DNA from: a virus | Taxonomy: Duplodnaviria > Caudoviricetes | Strand: one strand, 5' to 3' | IMG/VR virus record: IMGVR_UViG_3300028590_000016 | Coordinates: 1 to 62,672 of that record | Length of the DNA stretch: 62,672 nt | In this document: in pieces, positions 19,830 through 29,111 of the stretch | Position numbering within the stretch: the first letter of the stretch is position 1 | How the letters are laid out: each line of letters opens with the position of its first letter | Position numbers and translations under genes: made by a program | Notes under the pieces: generated by a model | The model's database searches: none | The model's input: the letters and a program-made list of their open reading frames with translations, nothing else | What the model was told of the DNA's origin: nothing

Positions 19830-20224
19830 AGATACGCACTCCCTGGTTGGCCCGGTTCGTTGCTGCCCGTACATGCGTTCCGGTGATCATTCGCATGTGG
19901 GCATCGCTTGTTACCGCAGTTTGGACAGAGGAACATGCGGTCGCGCAATGCTGGTTGTCCGCGAGTCTGCCGAAGTTCAAGCCAGCATCGGTAACACAAG
20001 CAGTCATGTGGCGGACTCGGCCAATCATGAGGCTTGGGCAACCCAGCGGTCAGCGACTTCACAGCATCCACGATCATTTCCGGCATATCGTCGATCCAGA
20101 CGTCTGGTTTGAAGTGCCGGCACTTCGATTCGCCCTTGGTGTAGACCGCGCGTAAGCCAGTCTCGGCGATGAAAGCCTCAACGTCACGTGTCCGTGAGCG
20201 AGAACAGGAAGATGGCGATTTCAC
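19826..20224 (-). CDS. Hypothetical protein (DVWIDD motif plus Cys-rich C-terminus)
   Basis: CPNCGNKRCPHA.DH. Confidence 0.6.
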   Translation of the reverse strand: MKSPSSCSRSRTRDVEAFIAETGLRAVYTKGESKCRHFKPDVWIDDMPEMIVDAVKSLTAGLPKPHDWPSPPHDCLCYRCWLELRQTRGQPALRDRMFLCPNCGNKRCPHANDHRNACTGSNEPGQPGSAYL

Positions 20225-20688
20225 GCTCCATCGCCACCCTCCTTGACGAGCGCCGCGCATTCGATTCGTGCAGGATCACCGGGTACGCCGGTGGCGTTGC
20301 CTGCTCGCGCCATGGTCTGAGCCGACTCGTGAGCCGGTGCGACCGGCCCCTCTCCTTTGCCGGCGGCGCTACCATCGGCCCCGCATCTCGCGGCATGCTC
20401 GGGGAAAAGCTCGTGAATTTCTATGGCACCCCGAATCGCCATCAACTCTTCGCCGGCTGCGGCAGCACAGTTTCTTGTGTGCGCTCGCCGTGACGACTGG
20501 CCTTTCATCGATGTGGTTGCATCAATCGCGCGCAAGTGTGCCGCTGTCGATCTAGCCACGTCAGCGCACTTCCCAGGAAGTCGCGCCTCAAGCTCGCCTT
20601 TCGAATACTGAGCAGCGAGGCGCTTCATCCAATCTGAATAGAATGCGTCAAAATCCACATCCGACCGACCGTATTGACGAGTGCTCAA
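20221..20688 (-). CDS. Hypothetical protein
   Basis: Coupled ORF. Confidence 0.55.
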   Translation of the reverse strand: MSTRQYGRSDVDFDAFYSDWMKRLAAQYSKGELEARLPGKCADVARSTAAHLRAIDATTSMKGQSSRRAHTRNCAAAAGEELMAIRGAIEIHELFPEHAARCGADGSAAGKGEGPVAPAHESAQTMARAGNATGVPGDPARIECAALVKEGGDGA

Positions 20689-21290
20689 GATGCCGCCCTC
20701 CTGTCGCACTCTTCCTTCAAGGCAACTAGCGCAGCCGTTGTTGCCCTGTCGGTTTCAGCCATTTCTTGCAGAATCCTTTGCGTTTCGCTTAACGCATTCT
20801 CCGCCGCCTCCGCCCGCGCGATGGCGGCGTCGCGTTCGCTGCGGAGGGATTCGAGTTCGGCGCAACGTTTTGCCGCGAGGTGTTCCGCTTCTTCACGCAG
20901 GCCCATGTTGTGCCAGAACTCGCCCTCGGCCGCGCTCAAGAGGCTGTAACCGATGTCGTTCGCCTTGAACAGCACATGCAACTTCTCGACGTCCCATGAC
21001 GACGACCAGTCACCTGAGGCGCCGCACGGCTCGCTGCGTATGTAGTCATCCAGGCCGGTTTCGGCTTCGACCTGGCTGACCAGAATTGCGACCGCTTCGG
21101 CGCGCCCCTGCGCGCGCGCTTCCATGATGTCAGTCGGCACCGGCACCGGCGCTGGACGATCGGCCAAACGACGCTCGGCCTCGTCCAGTGCGGTGCGCAG
21201 TTCGCGGAGTGTTTCCGCCGAAATGTCCCGTCCCATCGAGTCCAGGCTTTCGGCTAGGCGCTCTACCGCCTCTTGGGTGATGTCGGTCAT
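20685..21290 (-). CDS. Hypothetical protein
   Basis: Coupled ORF. Confidence 0.65.
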   Translation of the reverse strand: MTDITQEAVERLAESLDSMGRDISAETLRELRTALDEAERRLADRPAPVPVPTDIMEARAQGRAEAVAILVSQVEAETGLDDYIRSEPCGASGDWSSSWDVEKLHVLFKANDIGYSLLSAAEGEFWHNMGLREEAEHLAAKRCAELESLRSERDAAIARAEAAENALSETQRILQEMAETDRATTAALVALKEECDRRAAS

Positions 21291-21502
21291 GGCCGCATGC
21301 CCTCCGTGATTGTCTCGATTTCGTAGTACGCCGCCGTTACCGCCTCGCGCACAAGCTTCTCGGCGCGCTCGACACGCGATGCAACTTTTCGGTTGGCGCT
21401 ACCGTTCTGCTCTACGTGCGCGAGCATGTCGGCGATGGCGTCTAGATTGTTCATCGACAAATACGCGCGCTCACGACGGCGCATCAATTCTTCGCTGCTC
21501 AC
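21287..21502 (-). CDS. Hypothetical protein
   Basis: GGAGG before GTG; coupled to next gene. Confidence 0.55.
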   Translation of the reverse strand: MSSEELMRRRERAYLSMNNLDAIADMLAHVEQNGSANRKVASRVERAEKLVREAVTAAYYEIETITEGMRP

Positions 21503-21533
21503 GGCTTCGTACCTCCCACGGTGATGATGTTGG

Positions 21534-22040
21534 TCATGGCGACCATTCCACAAGTTCAGTTTTGTACGACAGCATGAGCGGATGTAGCGGGTCGCCGGAC
21601 TTCGACAGACCGAAAATCTTGATCGGCTTGCCGCACTCGCGGAGCATGCGACGGACGACGGACAGCCGATCGTGCAGCCGCTTCGGAATCTTGTCGCGAC
21701 TCCCCCAGCACGGCACGACGATATCGGCCTCGGCCATGATGTCGCGCAGATGCTTGTCGTTGTCCGGTCCAATCGGGTCTGCAGCCGAGCCGAGTTCGTG
21801 CACGTCGGTCGCGCGGTACGCGTACGGGTTGCCGTAGATGACACTGCGCGCGCCCATGCGTCGACCGAACTCGCGCCACTTGCGATCCGTCTGGTCAGGT
21901 ACCGTCTTTTCGGCCTTGGACGGGTTGGCACCGATGAACGCGACAACGATACCTTCGTGCGCCAGAAGGCGTTCCAGAAAGTATCGGAACCGCCCGCACT
22001 CGCTGATGATGCATCGACCGCCGGTCTCGACGATGCTCAC
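21534..22040 (-). CDS. DUF1643 family protein
   Basis: SECGRFRY.L.R, FIGANPS.A, N.YAYRAT, CWG, PLHPLM. Confidence 0.85.
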   Translation of the reverse strand: MSIVETGGRCIISECGRFRYFLERLLAHEGIVVAFIGANPSKAEKTVPDQTDRKWREFGRRMGARSVIYGNPYAYRATDVHELGSAADPIGPDNDKHLRDIMAEADIVVPCWGSRDKIPKRLHDRLSVVRRMLRECGKPIKIFGLSKSGDPLHPLMLSYKTELVEWSP

Positions 22041-22525
22041 GCCCCACCTCCGTTCGCGCCCATGGCGCTCGATATTTCCCACAGGGTTCGCGCTACGCCG
22101 CCATTTCCTGCTGGCGAACGTTTTTCGCGAAGCTTCACGCTCGACTCAGCCCACGACTTGCGCGCCGGCATGTCGCGCACCTTGCGGAATCCTGCTGCGC
22201 GTAGCGACGCGCCTGACTCGTCGTACTGTGTGTAGGTGATGCAGCGCACGTAGCCCATTGCGCGAGCAGCACGCCACACCGCGCCGTACAGCATAGAGTT
22301 CGCGTTGCGTGTGCCATCGGTGCAAGTGCGGTTCACTTCCAGCGTTACGCCATCGTCGAGGGCGCGAGCGATCGGGCGGCCAGCTGTCGCGACGCCGATC
22401 AGAGTTGTGCCATCCATGACGCCAACGCCGAATTTCCAGCCGGTCACGCCCTTGTTGTGCCGGTGCGCCGCCAGCACGAACGCGCGGGCGCACCGGAGAG
22501 TGATGGGCACGACGCGCAGGGCCAT
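22037..22525 (-). CDS. XF1762-family (Mom-like/GNAT-like) protein
   Basis: HRHN, GRPIARALDDG.TLEVNR.CTDG..NA.SMLYG, ITYT..ESGASLRAAG. Confidence 0.82.
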   Translation of the reverse strand: MALRVVPITLRCARAFVLAAHRHNKGVTGWKFGVGVMDGTTLIGVATAGRPIARALDDGVTLEVNRTCTDGTRNANSMLYGAVWRAARAMGYVRCITYTQYDESGASLRAAGFRKVRDMPARKSWAESSVKLREKRSPAGNGGVARTLWEISSAMGANGGGA

Positions 22526-22698
22526 CACGCACCGTCCTTTGCGTCGGCAGCGCGGCTGAAGGCTGTCGAAAGGAGAGCACTGCAACGCCGGCAGATTTCC
22601 GGATCGCCGCCGCCGGCCGACTGATAGTCGACTATGCCGCGATGGCCGAACTTGCGGCATAGCCACGCGCGGAGCTGTTGAATCCATGTCTCGCTCAC
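22525..22698 (-). CDS. Small hypothetical protein (LCRKFGH..CRRC)
   Basis: Coupled ORF. Confidence 0.55.
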   Translation of the reverse strand: MSETWIQQLRAWLCRKFGHRGIVDYQSAGGGDPEICRRCSALLSTAFSRAADAKDGA

Positions 22699-24110
22699 GG
22701 CTGCCCGTCCTTTGCGCCCATGTCGGGGCTGATGAAGTGGTGGCAACGGCCGCAGTACGTAACGCCGTCGTCAACGTAAGGGGCGTCGTCGAACTCGGCA
22801 TGTAGGTAGCCGCCGCGACCGTCATGCGCCGCCTTCGGGCAGTTCACGCCGTGGCGAATCGCCTCGTCGGCCTTTGCTGCGCCCATGGCGCGGTCGATGG
22901 CGTCACGCAGGGTGTCTCCGCTGTACGCGTGCCCGTCGTAGCTCAAGCGCCACTGAGCCGCGCGGTAGTTGGTCTGCTGTGCATACTCGATTTGGGTGTA
23001 CCGAACCAAGTGCAGCGCTTCTTCAGGCGGCAGCGGTTTCGCAACCATCGCTGCAATAGCGTCGATCCGCCCCGCATCCCTCGCGTCGGGATGGGCGTCC
23101 GGAGGGTGGCGCCAGAGGCGGACAACAACGCCTCTACTGCCGCCCGCTACCGTGACCTGATATTTGGTCGGCTCGCCGTCGTACAGGTACGTGCGACCGG
23201 AGGCCGGATATTCCGCGAGCCAGAAATCGCACGGCCGCTCAACCGCCGAGGGTTCCTCGGTAGTTGCGGGCGGGGCGAGGTAGAGCGCGCGCACCACGAA
23301 TCCTTCCGGCACAGTGAAGCGCGGCCCGATGACCACGTTCGTCTCGTTGTGAAGGTTCGTGTACGCCCAGGCGTAAGGCTTGTCGCCAACCGTCAAGCAT
23401 TCCTTGGCGGGTGCGATAGGAACAGGCGAGCCATCGTTCTGGCCGCACGTCTTGAGTTCCGCGACACCGGTCGTAGCGACATCGGCAGGGCGCCACGTAT
23501 GGCCGCAGGCGTGGCACAGGTGCGTGCGGTGCGGTGGGTTGGGCCAGCCCACCACGTCGCGCTCACCAAGGCCGTCGAGGCCGACCAAGCACGGCACCGC
23601 ATAGACTTCCTCGCCATCGATGTGCTGCACCCGGCACTGCGGGCAGAACAGCAGCATCGGCACTGGCTCGGGTTCTCCCTCCTGCACCTTGGGCGCGGCG
23701 GCGAGCATGGCGAACATCTTGGCTCGGTGCGCGCGCACTTCGCGCTCCTGCGATGCGGTCAGCCCTTCGTCCTCGCCCCACGTCAGCATCTGCGCTGCGA
23801 GTTCGAACGCGTCGCGCCACTCGGCCGGCAACGTGTAAGGAACGCTTACACGTTCGGATGGTTGCATGCCATGGTGTTTCAACCGGTCCCGAATAATTTC
23901 CGCTCCGGCGTAATCGGGATTCGCCTGCGCCCAAGCAATTTCCCCCTGAGTAACCGCGAAAGGACTCGGCTCGGCTGATGCGCGGGCGGCTTGCCATGCG
24001 GCATAGGTCGTGGACTCGCCGCGCTCAGCAGCTTCCAAGATTGTCTGTTGCTGCGGCGCTGGCAGCGTGCGCACGAACGCCTCAAACTCCATCCGGCTCT
24101 GCTCGTTCAT
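22695..24110 (-). CDS. Mosaic accessory protein (ead/Ea22-type)
   Basis: 471 aa; LFCPQC..QHID, HRTHLC..CG, RDA.R. Confidence 0.7.
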   Translation of the reverse strand: MNEQSRMEFEAFVRTLPAPQQQTILEAAERGESTTYAAWQAARASAEPSPFAVTQGEIAWAQANPDYAGAEIIRDRLKHHGMQPSERVSVPYTLPAEWRDAFELAAQMLTWGEDEGLTASQEREVRAHRAKMFAMLAAAPKVQEGEPEPVPMLLFCPQCRVQHIDGEEVYAVPCLVGLDGLGERDVVGWPNPPHRTHLCHACGHTWRPADVATTGVAELKTCGQNDGSPVPIAPAKECLTVGDKPYAWAYTNLHNETNVVIGPRFTVPEGFVVRALYLAPPATTEEPSAVERPCDFWLAEYPASGRTYLYDGEPTKYQVTVAGGSRGVVVRLWRHPPDAHPDARDAGRIDAIAAMVAKPLPPEEALHLVRYTQIEYAQQTNYRAAQWRLSYDGHAYSGDTLRDAIDRAMGAAKADEAIRHGVNCPKAAHDGRGGYLHAEFDDAPYVDDGVTYCGRCHHFISPDMGAKDGQP

Positions 24111-24403
24111 TTCGGTTGCTCCGCGTAGAGTTTGGTGCCGATTGGGAGGCCGTCCAATTCGGTGGTTCCGAATCCGACCGGATCAGCGCGCGGTGGGTAA
24201 TGTCCGATAAGCGTCGCTACGTGAACCATATTCGGCCGCAAGGCTTCGGCGGACTGGCGTTCGTCTTCGTAAGCGCGAATCGCGCGATAGATCAGTCCAC
24301 GCTTGTCTTCCCAGATGCCGGGATACTTAGACTTGCAGTCGGCGACGTACTTCGAGCCATATGCCGCCACGCACGCCGCCTCAACCATTTCGTTGGTGAT
24401 CAT
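24107..24403 (-). CDS. Hypothetical protein
   Basis: MITNEMVEAA; LPIGTKLY. Confidence 0.6.
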   Translation of the reverse strand: MITNEMVEAACVAAYGSKYVADCKSKYPGIWEDKRGLIYRAIRAYEDERQSAEALRPNMVHVATLIGHYPPRADPVGFGTTELDGLPIGTKLYAEQPK

Positions 24404-24588
24404 GGCTTTTTTACCGTCAGCAGCACTTGCGCATCGAAGTTGCGGCGCACGTCGTCCAGGCACCACGTCACATGCTTTACGACGAAGAACAGTCCGTCAT
24501 ACCTGAGGTGTTCGCCGACAGTCGGCGCCTGCGGAAGCTCGAACGAGGCGATCGAGTCGCCAACCGTTTCACACCATATCCGGCTCAT
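24400..24588 (-). CDS. Hypothetical protein (paralog of 28595-28924 N-terminus)
   Basis: RIWC..FELPQAP..VRRNFDAQVL. Confidence 0.7.
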   Translation of the reverse strand: MSRIWCETVGDSIASFELPQAPTVGEHLRYDGLFFVVKHVTWCLDDVRRNFDAQVLLTVKKP

Positions 24589-24743
24589 TGCGATTCCTTG
24601 TTCAGTTCGTCGGCGCGGGCTTGGGCGGCTCCTGAGGATTCGAAATAGCAATCGTCGTCCTGGTACTTGTCGATCAGGAAGCGGACGACGCGGAAGCCTG
24701 GATGCGGGAATTCGGTTGGCGTAACGAACCATTCGCCGATCAC
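24585..24743 (-). CDS. Small hypothetical protein (C-terminus like 29112-29612)
   Basis: 52 aa, ends AAQARADELNKESQ; coupled at both ends. Confidence 0.6.
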   Translation of the reverse strand: MIGEWFVTPTEFPHPGFRVVRFLIDKYQDDDCYFESSGAAQARADELNKESQ

Positions 24744-24976
24744 CCCTTGTCCTCCGTGAGGGCGTGGAGAGCTTCAGCCAAATCTTGCTCCGCATAAACT
24801 GCACTAAGATGCTCAATCCAGCCATTGTCGGCAACGCTCGCGGCATCGCGTAACTTCGCGCATGCAACCACAAGCGCCTTAACCGCCACCCATTCTTCCG
24901 CCGTGACATACGCCCGCTCAACCGGCGTGTTGTTGCCGCTCTTTAACCTTAGGTTTATGCGGTCGATGGTGTTCAT
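24740..24976 (-). CDS. Hypothetical protein
   Basis: Coupled ORF. Confidence 0.6.
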   Translation of the reverse strand: MNTIDRINLRLKSGNNTPVERAYVTAEEWVAVKALVVACAKLRDAASVADNGWIEHLSAVYAEQDLAEALHALTEDKG

Positions 24977-25200
24977 ACAGTTTCCTCATCAACGATCTGA
25001 CGCCACTTCTGTGGGTGCCAAGGATTTGTGGAGTACCAGTCGTATTGGCTATCAGTCGACTGATGCCATCCAGTCTCTCCCCAATAGTTCTGCCGCGTCT
25101 CCCAATACCCGCGAGACACGTAGCCGCCTTCCGATAGCTCAACTTCAGTACAATCTTTAGGGGCAGTCTCTATCGGGTGCCACAATCTTGGCTCGCTCAT
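24973..25200 (-). CDS. DUF551-like protein
   Basis: WHPIETAPKD. Confidence 0.65.
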   Translation of the reverse strand: MSEPRLWHPIETAPKDCTEVELSEGGYVSRGYWETRQNYWGETGWHQSTDSQYDWYSTNPWHPQKWRQIVDEETV

Positions 25201-25529
25201 GCCACCGTCGCTCCGAAGTCGTCGATGTGGGGATGTGTGTTCCGGCGCGTGAACTTTTCGAGCGCTGCGCGTTGGCGGGCGCGGGCCGACTCCAAGCGGT
25301 TCTCGCGGCGCACGCCTTCGGCCGGATCGTACTTTCCTTCGCCAACCACTTCGTGGTGATACCATTCCGACTCGGCGCGGCGCAGTTCTTCGTCGGCCTC
25401 GACAAGCTCTACGACATCGGCGCCGCGATCACGCACGAACTCGTAAGCAGTCGGGCAGTCGGCGTGCTTGTGGACGTGACTGGCTGTCGGTTCGCGTACG
25501 AGTTCCTTCAACTGGTCGAGTGCGTTCAC
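25197..25529 (-). CDS. Hypothetical protein
   Basis: Coupled ORF. Confidence 0.6.
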   Translation of the reverse strand: MNALDQLKELVREPTASHVHKHADCPTAYEFVRDRGADVVELVEADEELRRAESEWYHHEVVGEGKYDPAEGVRRENRLESARARQRAALEKFTRRNTHPHIDDFGATVA

Positions 25530-25795
25530 GGCTTGGCCTCCCGGCGCGCTGCAATTTCATCTGCGGGGCGGCGAACGAGTGCCTTGATATCCGGCTCGCC
25601 AACATGAATCTGATTCGTGTAGCCGCCATGCGGATGAATCGCGTAGATGTGGAACGCCTCTCCTGTGTGGCGGTAGTGCGTCTCCACGGATCGGATGTTA
25701 CCCTCGCGACGGTTCCCGCGATGATCGAAGAAGTCGACGATATCGGCCTTGCGGAACTCGGGCGGATGGATCGTGTAGAACGGCTTCGCGCTCAC
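25526..25795 (-). CDS. Hypothetical protein
   Basis: Coupled ORF. Confidence 0.6.
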   Translation of the reverse strand: MSAKPFYTIHPPEFRKADIVDFFDHRGNRREGNIRSVETHYRHTGEAFHIYAIHPHGGYTNQIHVGEPDIKALVRRPADEIAARREAKP

Positions 25796-26187
25796 GGTTT
25801 TTCCTTCTCAAGCTCGGCAAGGATCGCATCGGCCCATGCGGCAGGCCATTGCAAGTATCTGGCTTTGTCGCGGGCTATTGTCCATTCCGTAATCTCTTTC
25901 AACGAAGCCGTAGTGAAATCGCTATACGCGGCGGACTCCGTGCTAACGCTGGCCCTATCGATGTAGCCATGTTGCAGCCGGAATGCTTCGTGCTTTTGTT
26001 GGTCGCTGACTTCGGGGCCAACGAAAGGCCCGGGCTTCGGCTGGAATGCTGGCTCAAACCACCGCTGGGGCTTATGGGGTGCGTGCGCGATCAGATATTG
26101 CCGCAGCGTCAGCCCGAGATGCGAGTGATGATGCAAGCCGTCGCCGTTCTTTTCCGAAGACGGGAAGGCAGGTTTGTCGGCGAGCAT
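25792..26187 (-). CDS. Conserved phage hypothetical protein
   Basis: PAFP..GLTLRQY..AHAP..WADAIL. Confidence 0.7.
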   Translation of the reverse strand: MLADKPAFPSSEKNGDGLHHHSHLGLTLRQYLIAHAPHKPQRWFEPAFQPKPGPFVGPEVSDQQKHEAFRLQHGYIDRASVSTESAAYSDFTTASLKEITEWTIARDKARYLQWPAAWADAILAELEKEKP

Positions 26188-26188
26188 G

Positions 26189-26421
26189 TCAGTCCACCTT
26201 GTGAGCAGGAACGTCGGGCAACCCGGCATCCCAAGAGTCAAGTAGTTGGCGAAGCGCAGCAGCAACGTCGGCGCGCTCGGCAGTGCTGATGTAGTTCATG
26301 CGATCGGGCGTCCAGACCAGCAACGTGAAGGCGACGGGCTGGCCGGCTATGGCATCTAGGCGATCTTTGAGTTCGCTAGCAACCGTCTGAAGCTCGCGCG
26401 AAACTTTCGCGGCGGGCTCAT
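26189..26421 (-). pseudogene. Hypothetical gene with apparent 1-nt frameshift just after its start codon
   Basis: Coupled ATG at 26421 is out of frame with the protein-like frame PAAKVSRELQ..YISTAERADV. Confidence 0.45.
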
Positions 26422-26570
26422 GTCGGTTCCTTTGCCTTCTGCTGCTTAGCCTTGAGCCGATCCATGGCAGCCTTACGGCGCTTGGCCGCGTTCGATTCCG
26501 GCGATTCGGCTTGCGGCGTTTTGATGCGCTCAAGCTCGCGTTGCATCTCGTACCAGCTGCGACTCTCCAC
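26418..26570 (-). CDS. Small hypothetical protein, first gene after promoter 26601-26629
   Basis: GTG with AGGA upstream; 50 aa. Confidence 0.5.
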   Translation of the reverse strand: MESRSWYEMQRELERIKTPQAESPESNAAKRRKAAMDRLKAKQQKAKEPT

Positions 26571-26600
26571 GGCCTTTTCCTATCTCGGTAGTCGAGATTG

Positions 26601-26629
26601 ATAGTAGGCGCACCTATTCTCTAAGTCAA
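26601..26629 (-). promoter_or_regulatory. Sigma70-like promoter with TAGG-N4-CCTA operator
   Basis: TTGACT-17-TACTAT; operator 26605-26616. Confidence 0.8.
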
Positions 26630-26634
26630 GCGAT

Positions 26635-27069
26635 TTATCCGCGCCGACTTCCGTACCCGCCCTGGCGCTGTTGCTCGCCTTCGCTGCGGCCATGCTGGTC
26701 GCGGCCGTCGGGATCGCCCCGGCTGTCGCCATCCCTGCGACCACCAAGCATTTGCATTTCGTCGGCGATGACATCGGTGGAATAGCGCTTGACGCCATCC
26801 TTTTCCCATTCCTCGGTGCGCAGCTTGCCTTCGATATAGACCTGCGAACCTTTCTTGAGATATTCGCCGGCAATCTCGGCGAGTCGGCCGAAGAACTTGA
26901 CCCTGTGAAATTCAGTTTGCTTCTTTTGCTCGCCCGTTTGCTTGTCCTTCCATTCTTCGGAAGTGGCGACTCGAATGCTTGTGATCGCGGCACCGCCCGG
27001 CGTGTAGCGCGTTTCTGGATCAGCAGCGCACCGACCGACGAGTATGACCTTGTTGACCCCACGTCCCAT
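26635..27069 (-). CDS. ssb: Single-stranded DNA-binding protein
   Basis: [43 protein letters not shown]. Confidence 0.95.
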   Translation of the reverse strand: MGRGVNKVILVGRCAADPETRYTPGGAAITSIRVATSEEWKDKQTGEQKKQTEFHRVKFFGRLAEIAGEYLKKGSQVYIEGKLRTEEWEKDGVKRYSTDVIADEMQMLGGRRDGDSRGDPDGRDQHGRSEGEQQRQGGYGSRRG

Positions 27070-27078
27070 TTTGTACTC

Positions 27079-27840
27079 CTAGCTATTACGCAATTTGTGC
27101 TCGGTCTCGTCGACCAGTTTCTTGAATTCGACGAGTTCGGGTTCCATGGTTTCGATGTAGGCTTCGTCGCGTTCCCATCGTCGCCACCATAATTCCTTGC
27201 CGATCGATTCGAGCGCCGGGCAGAACAAGGCGAAGTGCCAAGCGCGTCGGCGCATGATCCACATGCAGCCCTGCACTTGGTCGGCGAACTCGGTCAGGTC
27301 GCCATCGATGAGCACGCTGCGCAAGCTATCCGGTGCAACGAGGCACTTGTACTCGCTGCCTTCGTCGGGGTCGATGAGGCCATCTGCGGAGCAACCGAAT
27401 GCGAGATCTTCCGTGAGCACGAAACCGCAGCGACGCACAACGACGCCGGCAGCAATCTCGTGAGCGGCGCGCGCTTCAGGCTCAAGCTCATGGCCCCTAC
27501 GCATTTGCCACGTCTCGAAACCCTCGTCCAACGGTTGCCCGCTGATGCGTTCGATCGCGAGGCGAAACGCGTAGTCCTTCGCCGCATTGCTGAAGTCGCC
27601 GACCTTCTCACCTCGCAGCGCGCGCTTGATCGTTTCAGAAGATGGTGCCGCCTTGTAGCCGGCAACCTCGCGCGCCACGGCGTCACTGTCGCCATTGAGC
27701 TTCGCGGCAACGTACTTCTGCTGACGCTCGTCCAGCCCTCCGACACGATCGCGGGCGACACAAAACATGCTCGCCGTGATCGCCCCCGCACGGGCCTGAT
27801 GCCACTCCGGCGAACCCTGATCGCATTCGACGATGATCAT
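27079..27840 (-). CDS. YqaJ/lambda-exonuclease family nuclease
   Basis: QGSPEW..R.G.ITAS, RGHELEPEAR, GCSADGL, EYKC, QVQG. Confidence 0.9.
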   Translation of the reverse strand: MIIVECDQGSPEWHQARAGAITASMFCVARDRVGGLDERQQKYVAAKLNGDSDAVAREVAGYKAAPSSETIKRALRGEKVGDFSNAAKDYAFRLAIERISGQPLDEGFETWQMRRGHELEPEARAAHEIAAGVVVRRCGFVLTEDLAFGCSADGLIDPDEGSEYKCLVAPDSLRSVLIDGDLTEFADQVQGCMWIMRRRAWHFALFCPALESIGKELWWRRWERDEAYIETMEPELVEFKKLVDETEHKLRNS

Positions 27841-28598
27841 TCGGAAGCCTTGGCTTTCGCATCTGCGAACTTCAATGCGAAGACGCGAAGCTCCGTTTTG
27901 ATCAATGGGCGGTAGTTGTATGGTTGCCGTGTAGATAGAAGATCGAACCGGTCTAGCATGTCTGAAGCTTCTTCAAGGGCTTCAATCAGTCCAGATTCAG
28001 AAATTGAGGCGTGAGCTGCATTCCACGCAAGTATCGCGGCATGCATCCGTGGATCTTGGTAGACGAAATCTCCCGAGCTGTCCGGGCACCTAGCGAACTC
28101 GGCTCCATGGTAGCCGAGCCGTTCCATGGCTCCTTTGTCGGTGTTCGGATCAGAATAGACATCAGCGTAGAGCGCGGTGACGGTGTAGTCGTCTGGGTTA
28201 TCGCCGTTTTCATTAGACAACTCGGCGATTCTAGCCTCAGCGCAATCGGCCACAGAGACGAAGGCGTGAGCGCTCGGTCCATCGATCCAGTTCGCGACAT
28301 GGGTACGACCGGCTGGCGCGGGGAAATCGAGCGATGCAGCGAGCATCGCCGCGAACGTGCCGCGCTGATTCTTGATGCGATCGTAGTCGGCATTCATCTG
28401 CGTCGCTAGCTCGAAATCGGAGTGCTTCGGGGCATCTGTATCGCCTTGTGATGCGGCCATGTATGCTGAGATGGTGATGCGCATTTGATCGCGGAAGGCT
28501 TCACGTGTCGGCGCAGGCAACTGTGACCAGCCCGAATAGTGCGTGTTGCAGGCGCACTCAAGGGCATGGTCTCTGACGATGGCGGAGAGGATGGTCAT
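27837..28598 (-). CDS. Hypothetical protein
   Basis: Coupled ORF. Confidence 0.6.
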   Translation of the reverse strand: MTILSAIVRDHALECACNTHYSGWSQLPAPTREAFRDQMRITISAYMAASQGDTDAPKHSDFELATQMNADYDRIKNQRGTFAAMLAASLDFPAPAGRTHVANWIDGPSAHAFVSVADCAEARIAELSNENGDNPDDYTVTALYADVYSDPNTDKGAMERLGYHGAEFARCPDSSGDFVYQDPRMHAAILAWNAAHASISESGLIEALEEASDMLDRFDLLSTRQPYNYRPLIKTELRVFALKFADAKAKASE

Positions 28599-28924
28599 TG
28601 CCCGTCTCCCAAGCGAGCGGCGTCAAGAGCTTTTTTCGCTTTCTGGCGGTAGAATGCTCGTCGCATTTGCGGAAGCTCATCTAGGACGTACCCGTTGGCT
28701 TCGGCAAATATATCCGCAACATCAAGAATTTCCTTCATCGGGTATCCCACCTGGATCAGCACTTGGGCGTCAAAGTTTCGACGCACATTGTCACTTTTCC
28801 ATTTGACGGAGTGAACCACTACAGTGCGATCGCCGTACTGAATTTCGTCACCTTTCGCCGGGGCTTGCGGCAGTTCAAATTCAGCGCTGCCGGCGCCTTC
28901 AAGTACACACCAGATGCGGGTCAT
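28595..28924 (-). CDS. Hypothetical protein (paralog of 24400-24588)
   Basis: RIWC..FELPQAP..VRRNFDAQVL. Confidence 0.7.
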   Translation of the reverse strand: MTRIWCVLEGAGSAEFELPQAPAKGDEIQYGDRTVVVHSVKWKSDNVRRNFDAQVLIQVGYPMKEILDVADIFAEANGYVLDELPQMRRAFYRQKAKKALDAARLGDGQ

Positions 28925-29109
28925 TTCCGATTCCTCGCGCGCGCCATCTTCGCCGCCTTGTTCTTGGCCTTGCGAACGTCGGCCTTGAAGTCCGGCACCG
29001 CACGAGCCTTGCGGCTGCGATACTCGGATCGGCCCACGGATTCCATAGGCATGCCAGCTGCGCCGAAAGCCGCGACTGCCACATAAGAGTCAATTGAAAG
29101 CTTTCTCAT
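28921..29109 (-). CDS. Small basic protein
   Basis: KAAKMARARNRK. Confidence 0.6.
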   Translation of the reverse strand: MRKLSIDSYVAVAAFGAAGMPMESVGRSEYRSRKARAVPDFKADVRKAKNKAAKMARARNRK

Positions 29110-29111
29110 GC

